From: Antechinus flavipes
Lineage: Eukaryota
Length of the DNA stretch: 64,000 nt
NCBI RefSeq assembly: GCF_016432865.1
Contig: NC_067402.1
Span: forward strand, 2,046,001 to 2,110,000
Reading direction: 5' to 3'
The position numbers were made by a program, and so were the translations under genes. The stretch's first letter is position 1. The number at the start of each line of letters is the position of its first letter. The notes under the pieces were generated by a model. It worked only from the letters and a program-made list of their open reading frames with translations. It searched no databases and was not told the DNA's origin. Below are positions 9,401 to 30,009 of this stretch, piece after piece.

Positions 9401-12400
9401 GGGCTGGGGCCCAAGGAGACTTTGGCTTCTACGCGTCTGGCTCGGAGGCGTGTCCCGAGCGTTTGGCTCCGGCTCCCTCCGCAGAGAAGCACACGGGTGG
9501 TCAGGCAGGGACGGGCTCACATCGGGGCTCGGCAGTGACCGGAGGGCGTCTGAAGCCCTCTCCTCGGGGGCCGTGCGGGAAGGGGGCCGGCGTTAGACCC
9601 GGCGCCGGGGCTTCCCCACGATTGTCTGGTCCCGAGCCGTTAACCCACTTACAGATTGTCATGGTTCTTTTTCCAGAAGCATTTTATTTTTTCCAATACA
9701 TGTAAAGATCATTTTCAAGATAATTCTGGTAACCCGCGCGTGTGCTCTGAATCTTCCTCCCCTCCCCCAGACAGTAGATAATGTAGGTGAAACACGCGCG
9801 GTCCTTTTGTTGACGTTTCCCTATTTCAGAGATTTTGTAAAGGCTTCCTTAGGTCACCATCGGCCTGGGGAGGCTTGGCCGTTGTCTAGAACTCACGGTT
9901 CACACCGTGATCGCTGCCCTGTCAGACCGCGGGCACCGCCAGGTGTTCGCCCCGGTGCCAGTTGGTGGGTTCTGGGCGCGGGACAGCGCCCCCGGCACCG
10001 CTGCAGGATGGGGGAGGAGGTGGCTCCCCTTGGCTGGGTAAGCGGTACGTGGAGGGTGACGGCAGCGTGGGGCCGGGAGTAACGGTCCTCCTCTTCTTGT
10101 CTTCTCAGTACGAGAGCAAGGTGGCGGTGCGGGACCGGGTGGCCTTTGCCTGCAAGTTCCTCAGCGATGCCCAGGTGAGAGCGGGCTGGGGCCTGTGGCC
10201 TGTCTGGGCGCGGGGAGCCCGGCGGGGCGGGGAGCTCTCCCAGGGTGCAGGGAAGCCTTCGCTCCTGATGGTGACGCTGCAGAGGTCTGGCCGGAACAGC
10301 TTCCTGGAGCTGGCGGGCGCCTTTCTGTGCGTGATGGGGCCTGGGCGGGGGTTCTGGCTGTGGGCTTATGTCCTCTAACATGGTTTCCTTTTCATCAGCT
10401 GGTTTTGTGCTTTCCTTTCCTTTTAATGAACAACGGCCAGAATCATGTCCTAGGTGCCCCTTGTGCCCGGGGCAGAGCTCGGCCTGTCCCCCTGCCTCCA
10501 TCGGTGCCGTCAGGGCCATGTCTGCCTTGGAAAGGGGAGCTACGACCTTCTCTCGGCTAGTTTGCAAATGGCCGAGGATGGGAGGCCGTGAGCACGGGGA
10601 CAGCGTCGCTAGCACGGGGCCCGCTGGGGCTTCAGGCTCCTTTTCAGAGCGTTTGTCCGGAACAGAGTGAAATCTTATGGGGGAACTACTCAGGGTTAGA
10701 ACCGAATGACCAAAAACTGACTTTTGAATTATCTAGTTGAACAGATACATTGAGAAGCTGACCAATGAAATGAAAGAAGCGGGAAACCTAGAAGGAATCT
10801 TACTGACGGGTCTAACAAAGGACGGAGTCGATTTAATGGAAAGTTACGTGGACCGAACTGGAGACGTCCAGACCGCGAGCTACTGCATGCTCCAGGTCGG
10901 TGTGGGGGCCCGGGGCCCGGCTTCTGCCCCGCTGCCTGGGGCTTCTCCTCCCACGTGGGGAAGAACGGCGGGCGCTCGGTGGGCCTTCGTTGCATTTAAA
11001 CCGGCCCAGAGCTTCTCATCGGAACCGAAGCCAAGAGGGTCTTTGTTCTAATGGGGACATTGTAACAAAGTTCAGATACTGAGCCTTGTTTCCCGCCGCC
11101 AGGGTTCTCCGCTGGACGTGCTTAAAGATGAGAGGGTCCAGTACTGGATCGAGAACTACAGGAACTTGCTGGACGCCTGGCGCTTCTGGCACAAGCGCGC
11201 GGAATTCGACATTCACAGGAGTAAGCTGGATCCCAGTTCCAAGCCCTTAGCGCAGGTAAACGCCCGCTTCGGCCCTAACGCCATTTGAGAGTCCCCCTCA
11301 TGTTGCGACCCAAGAAACGGGCACGTTTGTGAAGACTGGCAGCGCCCTTGTGATTGCTGGCCCTTCCATCCTCGGGTCTTCTCCTGCGTCCCACCCACTG
11401 ACTTAGCCTCGTTTGCTCATCTACGTGGCCCTGGCTTCCAGCCTTTTTACGTGGCTAGTAGCCGTCTCCTGACAAAATGGGACGTGACGAGGCAAAGGGC
11501 TTGGAACCCTCCCACCGGCCCCGGCCCCCTCCCACCGGCCCTGGCCCCGTCCCCCTCCCGCCGGCCCCCTCCCCCTTGGCTAACTGGCCTGTCCCTACAA
11601 CCGCTCTGACGCGTTTGCCAGTGTGCAGGGTGGGAGAAAAGCCACAGAGCTGTTCTGTTTCTTAGCCCTTTGGGGCATTAGCTCCAAGTAGATCAGCGTG
11701 TTCTGTAGCGCTCTGGATTTAAACCATCACTTCCATCTCAATCCGTGCTGACTGTAGAGATCCTGTTGGTTCTTTTCTGCCAAATCTGAAAAATATCGGT
11801 TCCTCTGGTCTCCACCCTGCTGGCGTTTTCTGCCTGGGATCTGTTTCTTTATCGTGAATGTTCCGCGTCCCCTCCTTTCTTTGGAAGTGGGACGGTCCGC
11901 GGCCTGCCCCCCGCCAGCAGCTTTCACCGGCAACAGCCTCCGTCTGCCAGGACTGATTGGGGGGGGGGGACGCCGGAGCTGCCCATCGGCACGGACCCCG
12001 CTCCCTCCCTCGGCGGTCCCTGCTTTCTCCGGCAGGCGTTCGGAGCTACCATTTGTGACCCTTCCCAGCAGGCCCCAGGGCACCCACTCGGGGCCTCCAT
12101 CGCCCGGCTGTGCTGTCTCTGAACTGCAGAGTCAGCTCTGGGCCGCCTCCTCTGCTGTGGCTGGAGCCGCGGGTGAAGGTGCCCGGGCTGAAAGCCCCCG
12201 ACCCGATGGGAGCGGGGGGCAGGGCCCCGCAGCCGCCCCTGACTCCCCGCCCCTTGTCCCACAGGTGTTCGTGAGCTGCAACTTCTGCGGAAAGTCCATC
12301 TCCTACAGCTGCTCCGCCGTGCCCCACCAGGGCCGGGGCTTCAGCCAGTACGGCGTGAGCGGCTCCCCAACCAAGTCCAAAGTCACGAGCTGCCCCGGCT

Positions 12401-13947
12401 GCCGCAAGCCCCTGCCGCGCTGCGCCCTCTGCCTCATCAACATGGGGACGCCCGTGTCTAGCTGCCCGGGTAGGTCTGGGCGCCGCAGGTCCTGGGCACT
12501 TCCCGCGGTTCCTCCGTTTAATTGTTGTTTGTTTGTTAAGTTTGTGTAAGTTCTGAACGCCCAGCCCCTCCCCCCGGGACGGCGAGCGGCCGGACGCAGT
12601 TAGCCACACACGCTGGCCAGAGCACGGCGTCCTCCCGAAGGCTTCCTCAGTCTTTCCTCCGAGGTGGGCGGCGCCTCTGCCGCGAGTCCTGAGGGGGTGG
12701 GACTGACAGATCCTGGCCCTTCGAGGTCTCACACTCCGAGCCTCCTTTAGCCTTTTTTGGTCCCATGGCCGTATCCCTCTTTGGGCCTGCCCTCTGCTGG
12801 CAGGAGCCGGTAAAGGGGCATCTAACGTGTCCTGAGGAAACCAGAGGCTGGGGGAGGCGGCTCGTTGTGGCAACGCGGGCCGCGAGCCCTTTGAGGGGGG
12901 AGGAGTCTTGTCCCCTCTGCTGTCCTCAGCGCTTGGCACGGTGCCCGCACACAGTAGGTGCTCGTTGCCTGACTGACTGTTAGACTGGGGGCAGGACCTA
13001 CCCCCCCCCCCCCCGCCCCCCGGCCCTTCAGCCTCGGGCCCTGTCAGCATGAGGCTCGAGCCCCTGCCATGTTTCTGTCGGCCACGGGCTCCTGCTGGGG
13101 GCCTCAGAGTAACGAGAGGCCTTCCCTTCCCCAGGGGGATCCAAGTCGGACGAGAAAGTGGACCTCAGCAAGGACAAGAAGCTGGCCCAGTTCAACAACT
13201 GGTTTACCTGGTGCCACAACTGCAGGCACGGGGGCCACGCGGGCCACATGCTCAGCTGGTTCAGGTAAGTGCGGCCATGGAGACCACGGGGGCCCTGCTC
13301 CGTTCTGCACCGGCTCGAGCAGATCCTGCTGTGATCGGAACCTCCGTGAGCACAGAAACGCCACAGAACGGAGGCCCATGAGGCTCTAAAACTGAACGTG
13401 CCCCCTCCCCCCTTCTCCATGGTGGGCTTTCTGTCTGATGTCCCTAGTGGGCGGGGCCGATCCCAAACTGAGGGGGTGACCACCAGCGCGGCTGACACTG
13501 GAGTGGTCCCTGACCCACGGCCCCGGGGTGGGGAGGGGCGTGAGCTGGTGTCGGCCCTGTAATCAGCCCCAGCAGTGAGGCGGGGTCCCGGGAAGCCTGG
13601 CGCCCCTCGGGAGAGCCTGTGGAGACTTCGGGGCGGCTTTCGCTCCCCCCATCTCTGCGCTTCCTCCCGCTGCTCCGGGGATGCTCCAGGGGCTTCCAAG
13701 GGGAAAGGAGCTGCAGCCGTGGGAAAGACAAGCCTGTGGTTCCCCCTTGGGGCCGGTTTTCTCACCCCAGAGATAGGGCTGGGGGGCAGGGAGCGGGGGG
13801 GCTGCCGAGGGAAGGCGGCTTTCTGACCCTGAGCCTTCCCCCCCACGCAGGGACCACGCCGAGTGTCCCGTGTCCGCCTGCTCCTGCAAGTGCATGCAGC
13901 TGGATACCACGGGCAATCTCGTTCCGGCAGAGACTCTGCAGCCCTAG
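5187..13947 (+). CDS. MIOS: GATOR2 complex subunit MIOS, join(5187..6483,6688..6786,7558..7818,8289..8458,10109..10174,10737..10895,11103..11255,12265..12469,13135..13264,13851..13947); 2637 nt, 878 aa
   Basis: [28 protein letters not shown]... through ...[31 protein letters not shown] follows human MIOS as recalled. Phases are consistent, length is divisible by 3, and the N-terminal WD40 and C-terminal Cys/His zinc-binding regions are intact. Confidence 0.97.
6484..6687 (+). other. MIOS: U12-type (minor spliceosome) AT-AC intron, 204 nt
   Basis: 5' end ATATCCTTT (U12 consensus RTATCCTTT), 3' end ...CAATAC. Joining restores YTLY-F-MKQYTED in frame. Confidence 0.93.
6688..6786 (+). CDS. MIOS: MIOS coding exon 2, 99 nt
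   Basis: (F)[33 protein letters not shown]; donor G/GTAAG. Confidence 0.93.
7558..7818 (+). CDS. MIOS: MIOS coding exon 3, 261 nt
   Basis: CCTCCAG acceptor; ...[25 protein letters not shown]...NEGASSEK; donor AG/GTATT. Confidence 0.95.
8289..8458 (+). CDS. MIOS: MIOS coding exon 4, 170 nt
   Basis: [26 protein letters not shown]...SYDGVL; TAG acceptor, GTGAG donor. Confidence 0.95.
10109..10174 (+). CDS. MIOS: MIOS coding exon 5, 66 nt
   Basis: [22 protein letters not shown]; canonical AG/GT ends. Confidence 0.95.
10737..10895 (+). CDS. MIOS: MIOS coding exon 6, 159 nt
   Basis: [53 protein letters not shown]; AG/GT ends. Confidence 0.95.
11103..11255 (+). CDS. MIOS: MIOS coding exon 7, 153 nt
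   Basis: [51 protein letters not shown]; AG/GTAAA. Confidence 0.95.
12265..12469 (+). CDS. MIOS: MIOS coding exon 8, 205 nt
   Basis: [16 protein letters not shown]...[26 protein letters not shown]; CAG acceptor, GTAGG donor. Confidence 0.95.
13135..13264 (+). CDS. MIOS: MIOS coding exon 9, 130 nt
   Basis: [42 protein letters not shown]; AG/GTAAGT. Confidence 0.95.
13851..13947 (+). CDS. MIOS: MIOS last coding exon, 97 nt, stop TAG at 13945-13947
   Basis: [31 protein letters not shown]. Confidence 0.95.
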
Positions 13948-14689
13948 CCCGGGCCCCTGCCCCGGGGGACGGGCCCCCGGAACTTTCCCGCCCCGCGACC
14001 CTCCCGCGGTGCAGCCCACTCACCGGCCAGAGCCTCCAGAGCTCCGGAACGCCTCCGACGCCAGCCAGAGGCAGGACCTTGTCACGGGGCGGTGGCAAAC
14101 ACGGCTTCCCGGGGAGGCAGCCGGGCCTTCAGCCGGAGCCGCCGCCGCCCCCCGGCCTTCTCCTCGACACGGCCGCCGTGTGCTCGCCAGCCGGGCACGG
14201 GGCCCGAACGGAACTTCTCTGTGCGAGAAAGCGGTTGTGAGGCGCCCATCGTGGGTGTGAGCGCTCCCTCCCTGGGGGGATGGGATTTGGCGCCGGGGTC
14301 TCCCCGCCGTCCTTGATCATGGTGGCCCTGCCCCCCGCCAGTCTGCCCTCTGCTCTGGAGCCTCGACAGCAGAGGCTGCAGCTCCCACCATGGACAGACG
14401 GAGGGAGAAGATGCCCCGCCTGCTGCCATCCGTCCTCGTGCCCACGGGGTCTCTCCCCCCGCTGGTGACCCTCCGTGGGCTGGGAATCGGGCCCGCCAAG
14501 TAGGACGACGTGGGCCGTGATGGGCGCGGGGGAATCGGCTGTACCGGCCGAGGCCGGACCCCGAGGGTGGTGGCCCGCGGGTCTCGGACTGCCCGGTGCC
14601 GTCCTTCGCCGGGTCAGAAGTGCCGGGTGGGGGGCTGGGCCGGCACAGCGGTGGGGGGAGCCTGTGCCCCTGGCAGCGCGGCCTCCCCG

Positions 14690-14750
14690 GCGGTATTTAT
14701 ACTTTTTGTACAGAAGTGGTTTTGTTAGTAAAGACGGCGTGTTTCATCTC
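14690..14750 (+). terminator. Probable proximal MIOS poly(A) region (variant AGTAAA at 14727-14732)
   Basis: AT-rich island in GC-rich 3' DNA, with TATTTAT, a TGTA upstream element and AGTAAA followed by GTGTTT. Confidence 0.55.
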
Positions 14751-16252
14751 TGCACTGACTGATTTCACGCCAGGCTGCTCCAGAAAGACCATTTTGGGGT
14801 GTGGGGGGCAGTGCCCACAGGACTGGCCCATCCCGGGCAGGGGCTGCAATTGCAAAGACCCCCAGTGGCCCCAGAGCATCCAGGACTCTGGGCTGGGGTC
14901 GGCCCTTCTTCCAGGGTCTGTGATATCGGGGGCACTGACTCATGGGGGGTCCCGCCTGCTGGGAACAGTCTGGGGGAACAGAAAGGGGGGCCCACGCCAC
15001 CGTCACAGGGTCTCGGGCATGACCGTGGCACTTCCAGCAGGGAAATCCCCGTTCTTTGGGGTTCCCTGTGAGTTTTGTCATCGCACAATCACGGGACCCC
15101 CAGCTGAAAGCCCCCCCTGCACCCCCCCACCCCCCGTGTCCCAAGTGCAGAAGGAGGGTCTTTCCTGCTGCTCATTACTCGTCCGTGACCTCCCGCCCTC
15201 CCCTGGGCTGGGCTCTGTGGGCCCACAGGCGGACGAGGCTTCTGGGCAGGCTGTGCTAGAGCTGCCGCCTTGGAGCCGGCTGCCAAAGGAAAAGGGAAAC
15301 CTGTGGGCCCAGCGCTGCTGGGGGAGGAGGCGTGCACTTAGGAAGCACCTACTGTGTGCCTGGCACGGGGATGCCAGGACAGAGAAGGAAGGCATTGCGA
15401 GTGGGGAGGAGCGGCCCATGAGGGCACGTCCGAGGGTCTCCAGGAGGTTCAGATCCCCCTTCAGAGGCTTCCTAGCTGGGGCACCCCCACTGACCCAGGC
15501 TGGTTGTGAGGAGCAAGTGGGATAACGGCACCTGGCACACAGTAGGGGCTTGTGCTGGCCAGGCCTGGACACTGCCCACGTCCCTCAGGGCCGGGCCCAC
15601 ATTCGGCCCCCAACTCACTCCCAGGAGGGAGCGTCGGGTCCTCCCGCGGCCTCCCCTCCCATCCAGGCAGGCAGCTCCCTTCCCCCGCCGGGCGTTTCCG
15701 AGCTCGCACTGGCCTGCAGGCGCCCAAACACCCAAGCAGCCTTTGAGCCGAGCTACATCTGCGCGCGGGCCTCGGTCGGGGCAGACCCTGCTTGCTGGGG
15801 AGGCGGGGGCTGGCGGTGGGCCCAAGCACAGGGATTGGGGGGAGGTGCCACTGCGGGGCCCAACTGGCCCAGGTCCAAGGCTCTGCAATAGTAGCGGACG
15901 AGGGCCCAAGAGCAGCCGCCAAAATGCATCAAATCCAACGCGGGGTTAGAACATCACACCCGGGCGGGAGGCGTCCCTCGGGGAGCGGGAGGCCGTCACT
16001 GAGGCCCCGGGACCCCGCACGGGTCACGAGCTTGATTCGCGGCTGGGGGAGAAGCACCGGCAGCACGGGGCGGCGACGGAAGCACATGCGGGCCCCTGGC
16101 GGGAGCTTCGCTGCTGGCTTCGGGGGCCAGAGGCGCCCGGCCCGGCCTGGTGATCCAAAGGGAGCCAGAGGCCTCAGAGACCCGGAGCCACCGAGAGCGG
16201 GCGGGGACCGAGGGCCGAGGAGGACTCCATTCAAGAGCACATGATTGTTCTT

Positions 16253-16266
16253 TTTTATTAATAAAA
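16253..16266. terminator. Palindromic poly(A) signal TTTTATTAATAAAA; the minus-strand AATAAA (16254-16259) is the probable RPA3 signal
   Basis: Perfect 14-bp palindrome about 120 nt past the RPA3 stop, with AATAAA on both strands. Confidence 0.8.
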
Positions 16267-16376
16267 GGATCGTTTGCAGGCCCGAGAGCCCAGAGTTAAG
16301 CTAGTCAGACACGGGGTCACCACCGGTGCCGCGGGTCAGAGGGGGACGCCCCCCGCCGGAAGCGGATCCCGCGCCG

Positions 16377-18628
16377 TCAGTTCTGCTGCGTGGCCCCAAA
16401 CGGGTAATACTGCGGGAACTCGTGGATGATTTTGAGAGCGTCGTTGTAGAGCCTGAGGTCTAGGAGAGAAGAAGGGTTGGGGTCCGCAGTCGGACTGCAG
16501 GGCCGCGCTTCTGCCCCCCGACCGAGTTACCGGGGCTCCCGCCTGGCTGTCTACGGCGCCCCCTCCCAGATGGGCTCCACACACACGGGTGACCTCCGAC
16601 GTCGGGGAAACATGGAACCCACGACAGCGCCGGACAGACGCGCACGGGCGGGGCAGGGACGAGACAGAGCCAAGGCTAAGGGGGTCCCGCCGGGAGCCAA
16701 CGGCCCCTCCTCACGTTCTCCAATCAAGCACCGTCCAGGGGGCACTGGCTCCGGTTACGCCTTCCCTCCCCCTTCTGCCCCCGGCCGCCCTCCTCAGAAA
16801 GAGACGGAGCCCCCTCGGGAGGCCGCGCTCACGGCGCATCGGGCCCCAAGGATGGCCCCTCTGAGCCATAGGCCCGGGAGACGCCCCCAACTTACTCCTT
16901 CTGCTCCAATGATTTATTGTGAAAAGTAGAACAGGGCCAGCAAAAAGCCAGGGAAAGTGCGCAAAAGCGCTCAGGGCGGCTGGGGCCGTCCGGAACTAGG
17001 CCTTTTAAAATGAGCCTGGCCGGGTGTATAAAGGGAGGGCCCCGTGGCCGGGTGTAGTGGGCAGGGCCCTGTGTTAGGGTGCAGAGAGGCCAGGGCCCCG
17101 CGGCCCGGGTGTAGTGGGCAGGGCCCTGTGTTAGGGGTGCAGAGAGGCCAGGGCCCCGCGGCCCGGGTGTATAAAGGGAGGGCCCCGCGGCCGGGTGCAG
17201 AGAGGCCAGGGCCCCGTGGCCGGGTGTAGTGGGCAGGGCCCTGTGTTAGGGTGCAGAGACCAGGACCCCGCGGCCCGGGCGAGGGATGGTGAGACCCAGG
17301 CAGACACGTGAGGGGGAGGGGGACGCCGTGCTCAAGCCCCGCTCACCAAAGCTGTTGTTGTGGTCTCTGAAGAGCATGTAGGACGCGCACAAGATGGTGG
17401 CCTTGGCTGTCACTTTGCCGACAACTTCCAGGACGCCGGAAAGCTCCTCTTCGAGCTGAGGAAGGAAGGGAGGCCCTGCTCACCCAAGGCCCGGAGCCTC
17501 CCTCGAGGGCGCAGGCCCGGCTCCCGCTCCAGGCTGACCACCGACTGTCCCAGGAAAGCAGCCCTGACCCGGAAACTACACAAAGTGACCGAGGGTCCCC
17601 CGAGCCCCAGGGAGACAGTGGGACCTCTGGCAAGGGCGCCGAGCGCTGCCCGGAGGCCGACGTGATAACACAAGTGGGGGGAGCGGGGGCCTTGAGGGGG
17701 TCCAGCCTGAAACTCCCTCCCACCAGCCACAAACAGTGGCGGCTCCCCAAGGCGTGGGGGGGGCAGTTTTTAGCCCAGGGCACACCCGAGAGCAGAGGGG
17801 GTGGGGAGGCTGATAAAGTGCCTACTGTGGGCAGGCCCTGAGTACTTCTCCCAGGAGCTCCTGGGGGACACTAAGCAGAGGGTGGGGCAGCTCCCCTGCC
17901 GGGGGGTTGTGCCCCGGGGGCCAGGTCACCCTGGTAGCTCCTCCCCGGGCGATGCCCTCCCCCCTTCCCAGGTCACTCCCTCCCCCCTTCCCAGGTTCCT
18001 CCCCATCACCCCAGCAGCCCCTCCCGCGGGGATTCTCTCCTCCAGCCTGGCTCAGCCCCTCCCCCACTCACAGGCTCCGAGAGCTCCACGGTGACCTGCT
18101 TGCCTTCCCCGTCGGACAGGATGAAAGACTTCCCGCTGGGGTGGATCTGAGAGAGAAGTCGAGGAGGGCCGTGGAGGGGCGTGCAGAGGTGGGGGCGCCT
18201 TCCCCACACCCCCCCCGCGGGACCTCCTCCCCCCCCCCCCCCCCCCCCCGGGGCCCTGTGCTGCTGCTCCCTCCCGGCCGCCCCCTCCTCCCCGGGGGCT
18301 CTGACACTGACACCGCGCCGGACGCCCCCTGGCGGAGGCCGGGAGCGCCGCGGTGCCCGTGCTTGCAGCGCCCAGTTAGGCCCGGGGGGGGGGGGGCGCC
18401 GTCCAGCCTTCCAAGTCCGAGCGCTGAGTATGCGCCTGCTGTGTGCCGAGCTCCGAGTGCGCTCCGGGAGGAGGCGGCCTCCCGCGGGAGGGGCATCTGA
18501 GCCCGGCCCCTTCCCCGGCCCCCGCGCACCTTCTCCAGCCGCCCCACGAAGCACACCGGCCGGTCGATGAAGTGCGCCACATGCGCGGCTCCGATCCGCG
18601 TCCGCGGCAGCTCCAGCAGCTCCGCCAT
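16377..18628 (-). CDS. RPA3: Replication protein A 14 kDa subunit, complement(join(16377..16459,17347..17455,18072..18146,18530..18628)); 366 nt, 121 aa
   Basis: [33 protein letters not shown] / [25 protein letters not shown] / [37 protein letters not shown] / [26 protein letters not shown]. All introns GT-AG; exons 99/75/109/83 nt. Confidence 0.96.
17017..17279. repeat. About 28-bp variant-repeat minisatellite (9 units) in RPA3 intron 3
   Basis: Units share GGGTG(T/C)A...GG(C/A)CC(C/T)G and fall into four variants, order A-B-C-B-C-A-D-B-C. Confidence 0.9.
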
Positions 18629-18629
18629 G

Positions 18630-18870
18630 GCGGGAAAGGAGCCCGGGACCAACTGGGGGCGGGACTTTCGGCTGCCGCGCGCCAACCCGGTCCGCCCTGG
18701 GCGGAAGTTGGCCCGCTCCCCCTCACCTTCCGGAAGTCGCTGTTGGTTTCCTGGTGACGACTGGCGTCCCGGAAGTGCCTCGGTGACTGAAGCTGGGGAG
18801 GGCGGGTGCGGGCCGGGGCAGTGCCCCGGAAGTGGCCTTGGGGAAGGAGGCTAGACCGCAACGGGGCCAG
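18630..18870. promoter_or_regulatory. RPA3/UMAD1 bidirectional promoter with four ETS/GABP motifs; probable UMAD1 non-coding exon 1 ending at 18870
   Basis: (C/G)CGGAAGT at about 18701, 18730, 18769 and 18826; donor CAG/GTACTG at 18871; head-to-head gene layout. Confidence 0.7.
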
Positions 18871-19117
18871 GTACTGGTGTCCGCTGTGGCGGGAGGGGGA
18901 GACCGCTGCTCGGGGTCGTGGGTGGGGAACCTGCGCGCTCGCCTCAGGAAAAAGGGTCGGAAGCCGGGGAGTGTGGAGGGCGTCCCGTGTGGTTAGTCCC
19001 CCGGACCGAAAGATGCCCCTCTTTCCCCCTCCCAGCCCCTGCGGGGTGGGGCTAAAGGAGAAGTGGGGGACGGGCCCCCTTGGAGCCTGAGCTCCCGAGA
19101 GCAGGGACTGTCCCAGG

Positions 19118-19576
19118 NNNNNNNNNNNNNNNNNNNNNNNNNNNNNNNNNNNNNNNNNNNNNNNNNNNNNNNNNNNNNNNNNNNNNNNNNNNNNNNNNNN
19201 NNNNNNNNNNNNNNNNNNNNNNNNNNNNNNNNNNNNNNNNNNNNNNNNNNNNNNNNNNNNNNNNNNNNNNNNNNNNNNNNNNNNNNNNNNNNNNNNNNNN
19301 NNNNNNNNNNNNNNNNNNNNNNNNNNNNNNNNNNNNNNNNNNNNNNNNNNNNNNNNNNNNNNNNNNNNNNNNNNNNNNNNNNNNNNNNNNNNNNNNNNNN
19401 NNNNNNNNNNNNNNNNNNNNNNNNNNNNNNNNNNNNNNNNNNNNNNNNNNNNNNNNNNNNNNNNNNNNNNNNNNNNNNNNNNNNNNNNNNNNNNNNNNNN
19501 NNNNNNNNNNNNNNNNNNNNNNNNNNNNNNNNNNNNNNNNNNNNNNNNNNNNNNNNNNNNNNNNNNNNNNNNNNNN
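19118..19576. other. Assembly gap (459 N) abutting a TG-rich repeat
   Basis: N run seen directly. Confidence 1.
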
Positions 19577-20662
19577 GTGTACGCCCGTGTGTTTGTGTTT
19601 GTGTGCGTGTGTGTTTGTGTGCCTGTGCGCGCGCGTGCGTTGACTCCGAGGGAGGCTCCTTGGTTGGCGTCCGGAGGCCTTGGCCCCATTCCGAGGGTCT
19701 CCTTCCACAAGCTCTTGTTCGAGCCCTGGTGCTGACCAGAGGGGCCCCGTCCGCTGTCTGCGTGTACGTATGTGTGAGCGGACTGTGTGAGCACATGCAT
19801 GAGCCCCGGGGCCTCCAGGGAAGGGCCGGAAGCCTCCCTCCTGGGGGGCCGTGGGGCCCGCTGTGAAACCTCCCCCCCCCTTTTAGTTTGGTCTCCAGGA
19901 CCCCCTGCCATTACTGATGGGTAAACTGAGGCTAGGTCGGGTGACTTGCCCTGTGACCCATTTCACAGATGGGGAAACCAAGGCAGGCTGCAGGGAAGGG
20001 GCTTGCCTCAGGCATTCAGGGCCGGAGTGTCCATCCTGCCTCTCGTGTTGGGTGTGGACTTTGCCCTTTGCCCTTTGCCCTGACCCGCAGTGGTCTGGGA
20101 GCTTCCTCCGTGTCCGTGGGCACACGCGCATGTGAAGTTGGCCCGCGTCAGCGTGGGGGACTCTCCCCCATGGGCAGGGGCTGGGGGTGCGCCGTCACTC
20201 TCGCCTCCCAGGGTTGAGGGGGCAGAGCTGGGATCCCCCAAGTGGCCCGGGCACGGATGGGGAAACTGAGGCAAGCAGAGACTCGGCGGTTTGGCCAGGG
20301 TCACCCGGCTGGGACGAGGTCGGACTTGAACTCGGGGCTTTCCGCTTCTCGGGCCAGTGCAGACACGGAGCGGTTGCCTCTGCTGGTTCGCATGTTGGGC
20401 TCTTGTGGGACAGTTGTCATCGGTCACTTATTGAGCACCTACTGTGTGCAGGGCTCTGTGCTGAGGGGGAGAAGACAAATGCCAACAGAAGAGGAAGGAC
20501 CCGTTCTGGGGGGGCTGAGGGAAGGTCTAGGTGGGGGGGGGGCCAAGGCAGCCCCTCCCCCGCTCAGAGTTTGTTGGGCTGATTCCCATCCCCCTCCCTC
20601 CCCGGGTCTCCTCTGGCCTGGGACCTCCCACAGCCTCCTTTGGGGTTTGTGGGAACATGTGA

Positions 20663-29832
<9,170 letters not shown>

Positions 29833-30009
29833 GCCCGGCGCCCCGGCCGGCAGCACTCTCCCGCCCGGCCTCGTCCCGCTCCGTGAGGGCCGCGCTCCCA
29901 GGTGGTCGCCTCTGTGCTACGGCGGCGTTCCCCTCCGCAAGCGCGGCTCCGCGCCGTTCCCTGCGAGCAGGAGGATGTGGAGCCGCTCCGCCGCGTTTGA
30001 GAAAAGCCA

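Noticed and set aside
18629-18685. N-terminal extension of RPA3 in the ORF track
   Set aside because: It begins at TTG; homology and Kozak context favour the ATG at 18628.
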